Assembly: GCF_009914755.1 (NCBI RefSeq)
Contig: NC_060928.1
DNA from: the human T2T-CHM13v2.0 reference genome, Homo sapiens
DNA: 64,000 nucleotides
Reading direction: 5' to 3' (one strand)
The position numbers and the translations under genes are program-made. Numbering within the stretch: the stretch's first letter is position 1; every line of letters begins with the position of its first letter. Below the pieces are notes generated by a model, which made no database searches, was not told where the DNA came from, and saw nothing but the letters and a program-made list of their open reading frames with translations. This document shows, piece by piece, positions 12,675-31,778 of the stretch.

Positions 12675-13691
12675 ATGGGGAAAAAACAGAACAGAAAAAC
12701 TGGAAACTCTAAAACGCAGAGCGCCTCTCCTCCTCCAAAGGAACGCAGTTCCTCACCAGCAACAGAACAAAGCTGGATGGAGAATGATTTTGACGAGCTG
12801 AGAGAAGAAGGCTTCAGACGATCAAATTACTCTGAGCTACGGGAGGACATTCAAACCAAAGGCAAAGAAGTTGAAAACTTTGAAAAAAATTTAGAAGAAT
12901 GTATAACTAGAATAACCAATACAGAGAAGTGCTTAAAGGAGCTGATGGAGCTGAAAACCAAGGCTCGAGAACTACGTGAAGAATGCAGAAGCCTCAGGAG
13001 CCGATGCGATCAACTGGAAGAAAGGGTATCAGCAATGGAAGATGAAATGAATGAAATGAAGCGAGAAGGGAAGTTTAGAGAAAAAAGAATAAAAAGAAAT
13101 GAGCAAAGCCTCCAAGAAATATGGGACTATGTGAAAAGACCAAATCTACGTCTGATTGGTGTACCTGAAAGTGATGTGGAGAATGGAACCAAGTTGGAAA
13201 ACACTCTGCAGGATATTATCCAGGAGAACTTCCCCAATCTAGCAAGGCAGGCCAACGTTCAGATTCAGGAAATACAGAGAACGCCACAAAGATACTCCTC
13301 GAGAAGAGCAACTCCAAGACACATAATTGTCAGATTCACCAAAGTTGAAATGAAGGAAAAAATGTTAAGGGCAGCCAGAAAGAAAGGTCGGGTTACCCTC
13401 AAAGGAAAGCCCATCAGACTAACAGCGGATCTCTCGGCAGAAACCCTACAAGCCAGAAGAGAGTGGGGGCCAATATTCAACATTCTTAAAGAAAAGAATT
13501 TTCAACCCAGAATTTCATATCCAGCCAAACTAAGCTTCATAAGTGAAGGAGAAATAAAATACTTTATAGACAAGCAAATGCTGAGAGATTTTGTCACCAC
13601 CAGGCCTGCCCTAAAAGAGCTCCTGAAGGAAGCGCTAAACATGGAAAGGAACAACCGGTACCAGCCGCTGCAAAATCATGCCAAAATGTAA
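12675..13691 (+). CDS. L1 ORF1p (338 aa, open; REKG motif reads RKKG)
   Basis: Translation matches L1HS ORF1p MGKKQNRK...QNHAKM. Confidence 0.95.
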   Translation: MGKKQNRKTGNSKTQSASPPPKERSSSPATEQSWMENDFDELREEGFRRSNYSELREDIQTKGKEVENFEKNLEECITRITNTEKCLKELMELKTKARELREECRSLRSRCDQLEERVSAMEDEMNEMKREGKFREKRIKRNEQSLQEIWDYVKRPNLRLIGVPESDVENGTKLENTLQDIIQENFPNLARQANVQIQEIQRTPQRYSSRRATPRHIIVRFTKVEMKEKMLRAARKKGRVTLKGKPIRLTADLSAETLQARREWGPIFNILKEKNFQPRISYPAKLSFISEGEIKYFIDKQMLRDFVTTRPALKELLKEALNMERNNRYQPLQNHAKM

Positions 13692-13730
13692 AGACCATCG
13701 AGACTAGGAAGAAACTGCATCAACTAATGA

Positions 13731-17582
<3,852 letters not shown>

Positions 17583-18512
17583 ACAATGAGATCACATGGA
17601 CACAGGAAGGGGAATATCACACTCTGGGGACTGTGGTGGGGTTGGGGGAGGGGGGAGGGATAGTATTGGGAGATATACCTAATGCTAGATGACACATTAG
17701 TGGGTGCAGCGCACCAGCATGGCACATGTATACATATGTAACTAACCTGCACAATGTGCACATGTACCCTAAAACTTAGAGTATAATAAAAAAAATAAAA
17801 TAAAATAAAATAAAAATAAATGAAAAAAAAAAAAAAACAAAAAACAAAAAAAGAAAAAAAAAAAAAAAAAAGACCCAAACAGGCCAATAACTATTAGTTA
17901 TTATCTCTACTGAAAAAGTGGGACTTCCTGTTATGAATAAGGGAACTAACTGAATTCCCTGCTACCTAATTACCTTCTGTAGCTATACTTACTGACAAAA
18001 ACACCATTAATTTTTTTAGATACCAATTTTTTTTAATACTATGAATCTTAAGGGAAAATGGCTTCACCTCAAAAATACTCTGTTACTTGCTTGGAAGATA
18101 GACGACTTTAAGCTGATGCTGATAAACTTGTGGCTTCCAAAGTTTTCCTTACTAATTCTAAACCCAAAAGGTGCCTGGCAGTCTCTGCTATGTCTGTTTC
18201 AAGTAACCCTAGCTCTATATCAGGAGACATTTTCCTTATAAACAGAAACATGGTAAATCTTAAGTTCCCTGCAATTGAAATGCTTGGCTGTGAATTTGAT
18301 TTCATAATCAGAGCGGACTCTATAGTCTTTTCATTCAATATTCCTGCAATTAGATAACCAATCGCAGCCTAGAAACAACCTCCAAGGAGACCCAGTGACA
18401 TTGCTCCCATAGTTGATGCAACAATCACCATGATGACCCAAGCTTTAATCACTCTGATGAACACTGCTCTCCTGCCTAGAGATACCACTGAGTCCAGAAG
18501 CAAGACCTGTGA

Positions 18513-19724
<1,212 letters not shown>

Positions 19725-19843
19725 AAGCAACAAAAGGGATACCATGTAGAATTGTGCAATAGTCTAGCCAGCTAGCCTTAACATCTAAGAAATTTTTCCA
19801 ACAAGCAAAAACCTTTAGAAATGAAAGAATGTGGGCATTTAAG

Positions 19844-20463
19844 GCAAGTATTCGACTCAATAAATGCAGATGCTTAGGACTACAGGTCATGTAACAGATT
19901 TACGGAAACTTAGAAAAAAAAACCGCAGTGTAAGGGTCCCCCTAGTATCACAAAGTTTCAATATTCTAACAATTACTTAATGTAAAATTTTTCGTCCTAG
20001 CCTTCAGGGAGTATGAAGACAGAGCAATGTAGGGGCTCATTTCTACAACATTTAATGATGCATATCATTTAGTTAACAGTCAATATTATACTTAAGTGAG
20101 AATTAAGGATATGAAGAGAAGCAAATTAACCTCTCCAAAACATTACCATAGCCTAAAAAGTTCTCCCAAAATGCTTGTTCTAAGCAATTTTTTCATTAGT
20201 ATTTCATCAGTGATTCTCTTCTATTTAAAAAATTTTTAATCCTCATATAAGAATTAAGACAATTCAGTAATTGTTTAGCACCCACATGTAAGATACATAA
20301 GATTTATGATAGGGTTCTTGGCACATTGTTAGATACAAACTAAAGCAAAATGATATTTTACAAATATGCATATTTGTCAGAAAAATGTTCTGTAAACATA
20401 TACATCAATTTAATTTTCTTTCTGTTAAAATGTGTTTTCTGAATTTTTGTCCATGTTTTCCAG
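19844..20463 (+). other. CABS1: Probable CABS1 3'UTR intron (GC-AG type)
   Basis: AAG|GCAAGT donor at 19844; pyrimidine tract and CCAG| acceptor at 20463; AATAAA 125 nt further downstream. Confidence 0.6.
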
Positions 20464-20588
20464 GTCTTAAACACTGAATATCACACTCTTCTTATGACTC
20501 TTGTTAGCGATTCAAGGACATAAATCTTCATTCTTTTCTGGCACAGACTACTTAAATGGGTCTGTTTTCACTTTGCTCATTTTTCTTC

Positions 20589-20594
20589 AATAAA
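20589..20594 (+). terminator. CABS1 polyadenylation signal
   Basis: AATAAA followed by a GT-rich downstream element (gtgtgtaggtgtgttt). Confidence 0.65.
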
Positions 20595-23500
20595 TCTTTT
20601 TGGCAAGCAACTGATTTACTGTGTGTAGGTGTGTTTGATATTCTACTACAGACTTCTCAAATTAGGAGAAATAAAGAGAAATGAAAATTCATTGTTTGTT
20701 TAAAGAATAATATAGCTCTAATCCCCAGAAGTAAAATTATTCTATAGAGATTCATAATTGTATTACACTAAAAAAAGAAATAAGAACAATGCCAAAACAC
20801 CAAGTGAATGAAAGATATTATGTACGGGGGGTTTGTATAGGGATTTGCACCATTAGATAAACTATAGACTAGAATAATCACAACAGTGTGTTAAAACCCA
20901 GAAACAAATTACGAAACAAAAATTTGTTATACAGTGAAGTGGACTTCAAAAACATGGGATATAATAGTTAATCTTACTTGAACAATCAGTATTTGGGAAA
21001 AAAATATGTTGGAATAATAAACAAATTTTTAAATTCTTTTTAAGACCATACTTTAAAATAAATTCTACATGGATTAAATACTTTAATGTAAAAACTAAAA
21101 CCATACAAAAACTTAGGAGGAAATGTACCTGTATATCTATCCAAATGGACCTGAGAAATGTAAGCATATATGAAAAGGTGATAAGAAGATTGATAGGTTT
21201 GACACCATGAATAGTTAAAATTCTGAAACAAAGAAAATTAACATAAAATTAAAAAGTAAATAACTAATTTTATTTTACATAGCAGTGAAAAGATTACTAT
21301 CATTTTTCTATAAAAGTTTCTACAAAGTATTTTAAATGAACAGTAGAAATTAACATAATTCATGAAACACAAATTGTTAATGAACATGTGAAAAATATTC
21401 AATAGACATATTCAAAAAATTAAAATAAAGCTAGTACACATCAGTTTTAGCCATTTGAGGATTGACAGTGATTATTGTACATATTCATTGTTGACTCATT
21501 TTCCAAACTTTCTCCAAATTTCTCCAGCCTTTCTGGAAGGCTGGAAGCCAATTTGGCAATACATGTAGCAAGCATTTTAAAAATTGGAAGTTTTGGCCCA
21601 GTTATTTTACATATTTTACATATTTTAGCCCTGAGAATTTTCCTAAGAATCAGAAATTATTAAAGTTCCAGCAGTTATTGAGCTCTGACTACTGGTCAGC
21701 ATAGTTGTGTTTATATTTAGAATAACATTTGATCCTCATGATACCCTAGAAGGAGAAACATTACTATTCTCATTTTAGTGATAAGGAAACAGAAAAGCTA
21801 CTCAACATGCACCAAGCTTCAAAGTTAATATGTAGCAAAGAACGCTTCTAACCCAGGCAGTCTTCATCCAGAACCCATGCTCTTTTAATCACTATACTGT
21901 ATGGGCCCTCAGATTTAAATACAAGAATGTTGGCAAACTCTTACACTGAAGAATGTGATTTTACATGTTCATAAGGGAAAAACACTGAAAACAATCTACA
22001 ATTGTAGTCACATGTAATTAATTACACTTCTGTATACCCATATGAAGCCATAGCTTGCATCTTTTAAAATGGTTCTAAGGAAGAATATTTAATCAAATGG
22101 ATGATATTTTCATACAACTCTAAGCAAATTTACACAGTGGTATGTATGCAATATACACATGCACACACATACACACGCAAGCAGAATGTCTGGATTACAT
22201 ATATCACAATATATAATCTCTAGGAAGGACTGCAGGTGATTTTGTTTCATTCTCTGTGCTTTCGTGCGTTTTTAAATGCTCTCCAATCATCCAGAACATA
22301 AACTGTACACAGGAGAGGATGAATGTTTGTCAACCCCATTAACTAGAAAACCTGGAAGCCAAGCTAAATCTTTCACTCTTACTTGCTTCCCATACCCAAT
22401 TAAAATATTACAAGTATTTTGAGTGTTCCCTATGTATCAGACACTACTTTATTTTTCATTTACAAGGCATGTATATGCACCAACTATGTTCCAAGCACCA
22501 TGAAAGTGTTTTGAGACACTGTAGTGAATCAAATGACACCATCCCTGCCTTCATGGAAATTAATCTACCATAAAAGACAAATTTTAGACAATCTCAAATA
22601 ATCACACAGGAAGAAATGACTACATGCAAAATATGGTGGGTGTTTCAAAGAAAAAACAAAAGATTATAATTGCAGATTTCACATACATTTAAGGCCAAGA
22701 AATTGTCTCTGAGGGGGTAGGATTTAAGCTAAAATATTGAAAAATGTGGAGAGATAAGGAAACAACATCTCCAAATCCTTGAGGCTAGATTTTTCAAGGA
22801 TATGAACAGACACGGTATCAGCTGGAACATAAGATGAAACTGGAAAGGTAGGAAAGAGAGAAATTATACAGTACTTGTTAAACATCCTGGATCTTATCTG
22901 TTTGGAAGATATTAAAGGTTTTAATCATTTTATCCTCAAAACAGTCTTAGTACTGAGAGCACTGCCTAGCTGAAAAGCATCATTATTTTGTAAACTCCAA
23001 CTATACTTCTTTCAAGGGCTTTGTTTAGGAAAATAACTTGATAGTCCCCTTTGCTTGGAGGAGATGAGGCTCTGAGGCATAAACCAAACTGCAACAGTTA
23101 AACAATTAAAAAGATAATGTGCTGTACAATACAAGTTAACAGAATTTGGGGCTAGGGCTTAGAAATAACAAGAAGAACAGCACACTGGCAATTGGTTAGA
23201 GTCCAGGAAGATGAGTGTCCAGTGAGATTCCTGGTGGTCAATGAACATTTTTCCAAGAAAGCGTGCCTAATTATGTGTTTTACCTTGCGCCATTTCAAAG
23301 CAAAGTTTCTCCTTGCCCTGAAATTTGATTAAACGTCTGTAAGACACAAGGTCTTAAATATGCACTTCTTGAAAAAATAAAGAAATATAGGAGGCAAAGA
23401 AGAAACAGATAAGTAATTAGAGAATGAATATGAGACAGTCTTTCTTCCCAAATATTCTAAATAGTGATGACCTGAGAAAGGAGTGATGGGCATACAGTGA

Positions 23501-24240
23501 GTAGACATTTAGAATAGTCACATTTCACAGATAACCAAAGTGAAACAGAAAAGTCACTGGCCCCAGATAACGATGCTAGTAAGTAACAAAGCTCAGCTCC
23601 AGAGACTTGAGTGGCTCCAAAATTCAAGTTCAAATCACACTGCTTTGTGTGAACTGTTGAATAATGAATCATTCCATCTCTTTATCATAACCCTTCCCCT
23701 TGATCCATTCCTGTTGCCACTGCTTTGGTTAAGGCTAATGGCTGTCTTGTAGCTGGTCATCTCACCTCTGGTCTTGTATTTAGCAAATTAATTAAGCCCC
23801 ACAGCACTCATCTCTAAACCGTTTTGCTCACTCCCTGTTCCCACATGCCTTGCCACAGTCATGAAGAATAAGCACATGAACCAGTCAGAGCAAAGGGGAC
23901 AAGAGGAAGTGCTTTGGGGAGACTCTGGGGAATAAGTTTCTGAAGGAAACTTCTGTCTAAAGACATTTAGGGCCGGGAGCTGCTAGAATCACCTTGGATG
24001 ACAAGGAGACAGGTTGCTTGACAGTAAAGTGAACACTGAGGATATTAGAGACAAGAAATATAAATATGAAATAATAAAAGAATGTGAGACTAGTCACATC
24101 CTGTAGCAAGCCTAACTAGTCTGCTTATTTACCTGAGACAATGCATTTTCTAATTAAACAAGTTTGGGTTATGTTTTTTGTTGTTTGAAACCAACACACC
24201 TTAAAAACTGACAACCCAAGTTATTTCAAGTCCCTGTGTC

Positions 24241-24243
24241 TAT

Positions 24244-24282
<39 letters not shown>

Positions 24283-24383
24283 TTTGGTAGAGACAGGGTC
24301 TTGCCCTCTTGCCTGGAATGGTCTCAAACTACTGGCCTCAAGCAACCCTCCCACCACAGCCTCCCTAAGTGCTGAGATTATAG
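24241..24383 (-). mobile_element. Alu monomer (FLAM-like) with (ATTT)n tail
   Basis: gtagagacagggtcttg...ctggcctcaagcaaccctccc...gattatag. Confidence 0.8.
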
Positions 24384-25749
24384 TGCCTGCTGTTCTCCCA
24401 GTGCCACAGTCTCATGTGGTAAATATCGTCTTTCATATTCACCTCACATGCTATCTTCTTTAACCACCCCTCGGTATGATTACCTGTTGTGTATCTCACT
24501 ATATACATTCTTTAATCACACTACCTATAATATTTCATTGTATTTACTTGATAAAAGATCCTCCTGTGTCACAAGATAATCCTACCCATAGTTTCCTCTG
24601 ACACATATATCTCTGTCCAAAGTTCCCTCTGTCCTAGTGTAACCCCTGTTTATAATCCCCACTGTACCCCTTCCCTACAGATAACCTTACCCTGGGGCAC
24701 AGCACTCTCCTCCAAGTCACAGGGAGCTTCTGACCACAAAAAGAGAGGGAGAGAAGCCAATCTTAAGAGGCAAAGACTCCTGACCATGAAGAAAGAACGT
24801 TACCCTGAGGAGATTCCCAAAGTTAAACTAGCTCTACATGAGGATGCATTAAAGAACACTCATAACTTCAAGGCACCAAGAACAGTGGGAAATTAAGCCA
24901 GTGTCTTTGTAGTATATGTGCTTCCACCAATTCTACCTATTGCAAATTAGGAGTAAACAAAGGATACATGAATTACATTTTGAGTCTATGGCCTTTATTT
25001 TCATTACAGCACTACTGGTGTGTTGTTTTACTTTTCTCACATGTATTTCAAACATAAGAGAAGGCTGAATTAAAATTGGCATTTCCCTTCCCTCAAATTT
25101 CTCCTCTTCTAATATTCTCCATCTCAGCAAAAGGCACTATCTTCACAGTTGTCCAAGCCAGAAACTGGGGATCAGCCTTCACTTCCCTCTCATTCTCCAT
25201 ACCTAACAAATACAAAGTTTTTACCGTGGCATTCTAAATACAGCAGAAATCCATTTGCCCTCCTTGCCACTGCCATTTCTTTATCCAAATCTCTATCAAG
25301 CAAAAGTGGAAGTTTATTACACAAATATATCATATCACTTCCACCTCCTAATTCAAAAAATTATCCAGTGACTTTCCACCAACTTTAGGATGAACTCCAA
25401 AATCTTTACGATATTCATCAGAGTCACCACAATGGAAACCCTGCTTATCTATGCAGCCTTGTAATATGCTACTATCAGTTTCTGTTCTGAAATTTCAACT
25501 ATATAGATCTCATTTTGATCATCCTTAGAACATAAAGTTATGTCTTGTATCAGGATCACCGAATGTGCTATGCTCTCCCTGAAAAATTCTGTAACTCACC
25601 TTTTAAAGTACACCTAAATGTCACTTGGTCAGTTATATCCTCCCTGGACCCTAAATTTATATAAGCCCCTGTATTCTTCTGTCATATATTATTCACAGTA
25701 CACTATACCTTGCTTTATGTAGCATCCATAATTATTTCAATTGCATGTT

Positions 25750-26210
25750 ATATTACTTTTTTCACACTACTGTAACAAAGTGCCGCAAACTGGGTGGTTA
25801 ACAACAAGAGAAATCTATATCCCCCACAGTTCTGGGGTATATAAGTTGAAATCAAGGTGTTAGCAGGACCATGTTCTCTCTGCAGTTTCTAGGGGATTTT
25901 TTTCTTGTGTTTCTTCCTAGCTTCTGGGAACCAACTGCTGGCAATCCTTGGCATTCCTTGGTTTGTAAACAGGTCATTCCACTCTCTGCCTCCTTGTCAC
26001 ATGAGGTTCTCCTTTGTGACTCCATGTCAAGATGTCTCTCTATTTATAAGTACACCAGTCATTGGATTAGGCTCATCCTAATCCATTATGACCTCATCTT
26101 AACTTGATTACATCTGAAAAGACACCATTTCCAAATTTGGGGTCTCACAATTACTGGGGGTTAGGACTTCAGCATATTTTGCGGGGGAGGACATAATTTA
26201 ACCCATAACC
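25750..26210. mobile_element. MaLR (MLT1-type) LTR
   Basis: Typical MLT1 phrases (gaaatcaaggtgttagcagg; tggattaggctcatcctaatccattatgacctcatcttaacttgattacatctg); ends approximate. Confidence 0.7.
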
Positions 26211-26777
26211 TGGTTAATGCTTATTTTCCCTCCCAGACTGTATATCTGATAATTAGGATGATCACATCATTTGTTATGAAAACCAGAACGTTTTTGAGAC
26301 TGAAAGAGACAATATAATAATGACTCCAAAACAACAGCTGTAAACCAGAATGTCCTAATAGAGCTATCCACACTGTATTCAAAGCAAAGAAACCAGATAC
26401 TATTGTTCACTGCTCAATTCTGAGAGCTTGGAACACAATAGATGCTCAATAAACATCTGTTAAATAAATGAATAAAATGTACCAGTAAATGAGGAAATGA
26501 TGTTTTCATTTATTAAACTGAATGCTCTCAGAAGAGAGATGGTCTGTACTAGATGCTTAGAATTGAATACCAGTTGGCCAAGACAAAAAGGAGCTCGCTG
26601 GTTGCAAGCTGTGAAAAGGGGAAGGTCAAAAACACAGAAGCATGAAGGCACTTGGTGTTATTAATAACTATGAAGTAAGCACAATGGGTCTGAGTATAAA
26701 TCATAACAAATAGATTGTAAGTGATATTACAGCTTTACAAGCAAATCAGAAATATAATCAAATTGTATCAGACCATG

Positions 26778-27157
26778 CATATTAGGCAGGATTCTCCAGA
26801 GAAACAGAACCAAATGGGATATATAGAAAGAGTGAAAAAGCCAGGCTGGGAATTCAGGCAAGAGTTGCTATGGCAGTATTGAGTCTGAAATCCACAGGGG
26901 AGGCCAGCAAGCAGAAAACTCAGAAAGAGTTCTGTGTTACATTCTTGAGGCACAATTTCTTCTTTTCCAGGAAACCTCAGTCTTTGCTCTTAAGGCCTCC
27001 AACTAATTAGATAAGGTCTACCCCCATTATGAAGGGTAATCTGTTTTACTTAAAGTCAACTGATTGTAAATGTCACAGTAACACCTAGACTAGTGGTTGA
27101 CCAGACAATAGGGCATCATAGCCTAGCCTAGTTGACACAGAAAATTAACCAATCACA
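26778..27157. mobile_element. MLT2-type (ERVL) LTR
   Basis: ggattctccagagaaacagaacca start and agttgacacagaaaattaacc end. Confidence 0.65.
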
Positions 27158-28697
27158 TCTTGTGTAGCAATTTAGTGTTAAAACTTCATATAACTAACAG
27201 CTCATATTCCCTGAACTAGTTTCACTGAAATTAGAGTTTCAGGGTAAAATGCATTGATGCAATATTGGAATGAATTTCCTGGAGTCTTTAAATAAGAATA
27301 TATGTAAGAAGGGTTCATTCAGCTCTATTGTCATGGAGCTCTAGTAAACTCCTCTAAGGATAATGCTCTGTAACATGTTTTGGGAAATGCAGATATAGAC
27401 AATGGGAGGCAACCAAAGTTTTAAGCATTGGATTTGCATGTTAGATTGTATTTTAGAAAGATAATTTCGGTAAAAACGTAAAAGTTGGATGGGGTGATTG
27501 AGGAAACTAAAAACAGAGATACAACCAACTATGGCATTCATGTAAGAAAGAGAAAATAAAGCCCAAAAGAAGAGCAAGAATCAGTAAGAATAATTATCAA
27601 CATTTTAATATTTATCAAGGTATTCCAATCACACTGTTAAACAAAATGATGATGTAATAAAGCATGAGCTTAACTACACAGACTCCTCGACATGAACATT
27701 TTACGTTGAAATCTGAAAGCTCTGACCAGCCCTGTTAGGTATGGTAGGTGTTCCTAGCCAAGTTTTCTAAGCAAGAATCTTGTGTATTGGAATCCTGACA
27801 TTTTCTCTTAGTCTACAGAATTTTACATTAGAATCATTTGCAACAAAGGAAAGGAAAGAAAATTTATTTTTATATATGCATATATTTACTTGGTCAAAAG
27901 CATTATATTTCACCTAGATTAATGCCAGGAAATCTACTAATTGATAGAGCCACAAAAATGCCTAAGTCAGACTCTGTCTACAACTTATTCACCATAATGA
28001 TTAGCTAGAATGTCTCACAACAAAAGTTAAACATACATAAGAATATCTTGGTGCAGAGGAAAGAAAAAGCTGTGGAGAAAAAAAACTGGATTCAAATATT
28101 GGCTTTTGAAAATATGAGCAAGTTATTTATTTTCTCAAATTTCGGTGTCTTCCCATACAAAATTACCATCTATGAAAAAGCACACAGATATAGATCTACA
28201 TCCTGATTTATACTTTAGGTTGTTCTCATTGTTTTTAGTGATCCTAAAATAATTTTTAGAAAGTATGAGTAAACTGAAAATCCAGTAACCAAAGAGACGT
28301 TGCATCTAGTGCCCTCCAATTTACCTTTGGGATAAAAAGTCTAGAGGTCCTTCTCCGTTCTTTCATTCATCACAACATGAATTAATGCCAAGAGGATATA
28401 CCACTGTTAACAGCTAACTTGAAAGAAAAGCATTGAAAATCTGATTATCCACCAGTAGGTTTTCCAGATGATGTTTTTCTGTCTTTCTGGTAACAAACAA
28501 CATTTTCATGGAAATTAAAGCTTGCATCAAAGCAAATGTCAAACTACTACAATGCTCACATTTTGTATTGGTTAATAACTGTCACATTTCTTCTGAGCAA
28601 GGTTTCTTCTGTGATACAAAACTCTTGTGTAATAAAGAATTATTCTGAATCTAGTGGTAAAAGATGTATAGTAAGGGGTGTCAAAATGGTTCATTAG

Positions 28698-29154
<457 letters not shown>

Positions 29155-29720
29155 CCTTTTTCTCATTTTTATGTTAAGAAAATGTGAGAAAAGAGCCATT
29201 AATGTTTCAGTTGAGCTAATTTTATAATCTCTAAAAATTTACTTCAGCAATATTTTACTTTAAAAAGCCAAAAATGAACATCAAAGAAGCTATCATTTTC
29301 AAATACTTTCTCTCAGCTCAGAATACACATTAGCATATAATAGCCAAGCATTATATTATAAATAGCAGAGTACAGTTAAAAAGAAAGAAAACATTTTAAG
29401 CCTTGGGTTTCTGGTCAAGTTTCAATAATTATTGCTTTGCAGTAAAATGTTAAGTAATATCTGAAATGAAGGTAAGAGTGGATTCAATGTATCACATTTA
29501 AATTATAATGAATAAACCTTCACTTTTTCTAATACACAGATAATTAACCATGACGTTCCTGAAAAAAATGAAAAGGACAAATGTTAACTTTTAAAAATTA
29601 TATCTGTCCTTTTTTTGTTTCAGGAAATGATTTGGATTAACCCAGAGGCAAAGGCTAAAATAATAATAATAATATTTTGCTTCACAATATAGAAGGGATA
29701 AAGGAGAGAAAAAATAACCC

Positions 29721-29833
29721 TTTATAAGGCACGAATCACCTGTGCTCTTTCACTGAGCTTCCAGATTTCACAAGCTGAGGAAAGGCTGACATTGCTAGAC
29801 AAACAAAAAGAAGACCCCCTCATTACAGTATCT
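29721..29833 (+). promoter_or_regulatory. Candidate TATA box and non-coding exon 1 of the MUC7/SMR3-like gene
   Basis: TTTATAAG at 29721, about 100 nt loosely resembling SMR3A exon 1, possible donor CA|GTATCT at 29828. Confidence 0.35.
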
Positions 29834-31778
29834 TTTTTTTCTAATTTCAAAGGCTTAAAAATCCATTTTCTTTAGTCTTTGATTATTTGCAATTTCTAAT
29901 TAGTGGAAGTATCATGAAATCTCAGACTGCTTTCCACATAATTCCAACAGAAAAAAATGCATTTGAAAGGAAATACTGTAAACAGAAAAAAAATTGATAC
30001 TGATTTAATAAGTTCTCAGCCTACTAGTTTTATCCAATTTTAACAGTAAAATGGTAAGAATTTCAGGAAAAATGATAATGATAAAAATAGCCTGTCCTCC
30101 AGAATCTCAGAATCTTTAAAATGGCCCTTTCTAGACATAATGCCATATTTTAGTTTTGAACCTATAAAAATGAAAATGTTCTCAGTGGCAGAAAAATCAA
30201 TGTACTAAATGATGCAGGAAATCATTGGGCCTGATTTTATACTAGTTGATTGCCTCTATTTTATTTATCTCTTTTGTTACAAAGGGACCTACATATTAAT
30301 TTTGAAATGTGTCTCATATTTTGCTTGAGATTATGACTGTTTCATATGGAAGCAATACACTTGTTAATTTGGTTTTCTATTCTTATTTTTGGGGTATTGA
30401 AATCTGACCACTTCATCAATCAAAAAATATATCACCTTATTTTAAAAATTAGAAAAATAGGCCTCTGATAGGTTAGGTAATATGACCAGGATTTGGCAAC
30501 TAAAGCTCTTAGCTACTTTTCTTTGGGAGAAAAATGAATGTTAGCAAAAAAGAAAAAAGAGAGAGAGAGATTCATTATTGAAGTATCATGTGATTGCAAA
30601 ATTATGAAGAAATAATATTTTTATAATAGTCTTCAAATAATTACCATTTGAGATGGATTTGTTTTTTACATTTTGTTTGGATGAGAGAATTCAGAAGTAA
30701 TGATTGTATCAAAAAAATGAAAGTTTAACAGAAATACTAAATTTTAAGAGTTATTTGTTGATAATAAAATTAATGCTGATGGTAAAATTAAATGAGTATT
30801 TCATATTTCTAACAATATATGTATTTTAGGTTATGAGTTAACATTAAATTTTTCTGTCCAGTGTTTTAAGTATGTAAGGTGAAAATTAGAGTCAGAAGAT
30901 CATTTTAGTGGAAATTTCTTAGGCTTTTTGTGTGTTTAAATTATGATATCAATAGAATACCATAAATTTTTTTGAGAACAGAAAATCCACACATAAATTA
31001 CACAATCATCTCATATCTAACTTCATTTATGCTTACATTTTTCTGTCATCTATGTGGATAATTTACATATAGCATGATATTTAAACATTTACCTTATCAT
31101 TACAACATAAGCATTTTTCAAATTTCCACAAATTTGTATGATTATGAGTATTGATGATTATGAGCATTCATATTTTTAATTATGATTATGAGTATTCATA
31201 TTTTTAATTATCAGTAACACTGAAATGAACACAATTGGGTTTGTTCTATTGCTTAATTAGTTGAGGATGATATTTCCATAAATTAGGTTTTTAAGTTACA
31301 GGTATCAACATTTTCATGTTTATTTTGTGTATTGTTATACGGCTATTTAAAAAATTAGCTAAATTAATAGAACTAATGGTTGTGTAAAAGGTCACATACC
31401 TTACCACATTCTCAATCTTATTTTGGGTTTGCCTTCTTAAATAACTGTTTAGTAATCATAAAATAATAGATAAAAAGGTAGGCTCAATATTTGTTTTCTT
31501 GACAATTAAATGAGAAATTTTGTCAGGATTCTTCATTTACTTTATGTAGTGTTATTAGAATTCACTATTCTTAACCTTTGCTCCTATCTGTTGAACTCCA
31601 TGTTTTTCTTTTAAATTGTATGTTCTTCTTATGCCATAGATGTGATATATGCCATAGATATGCCATAATAGACATAAGTGTTTTTCCATTGGTTAAAATT
31701 TACCAAAAACAAATTTTTATTTCTTTTATTGTCTCATCACCAATGAAGCTGCTTGGTTCCAGAGGACCCAAAGACAAG

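Noticed and set aside
31138-31212. Short AT-rich tandem repeat (GATTATGAGYATTCATATTTTTAATTAT x2)
   Set aside because: Simple local slippage duplication with no spacers; not CRISPR-like, and this is eukaryotic DNA
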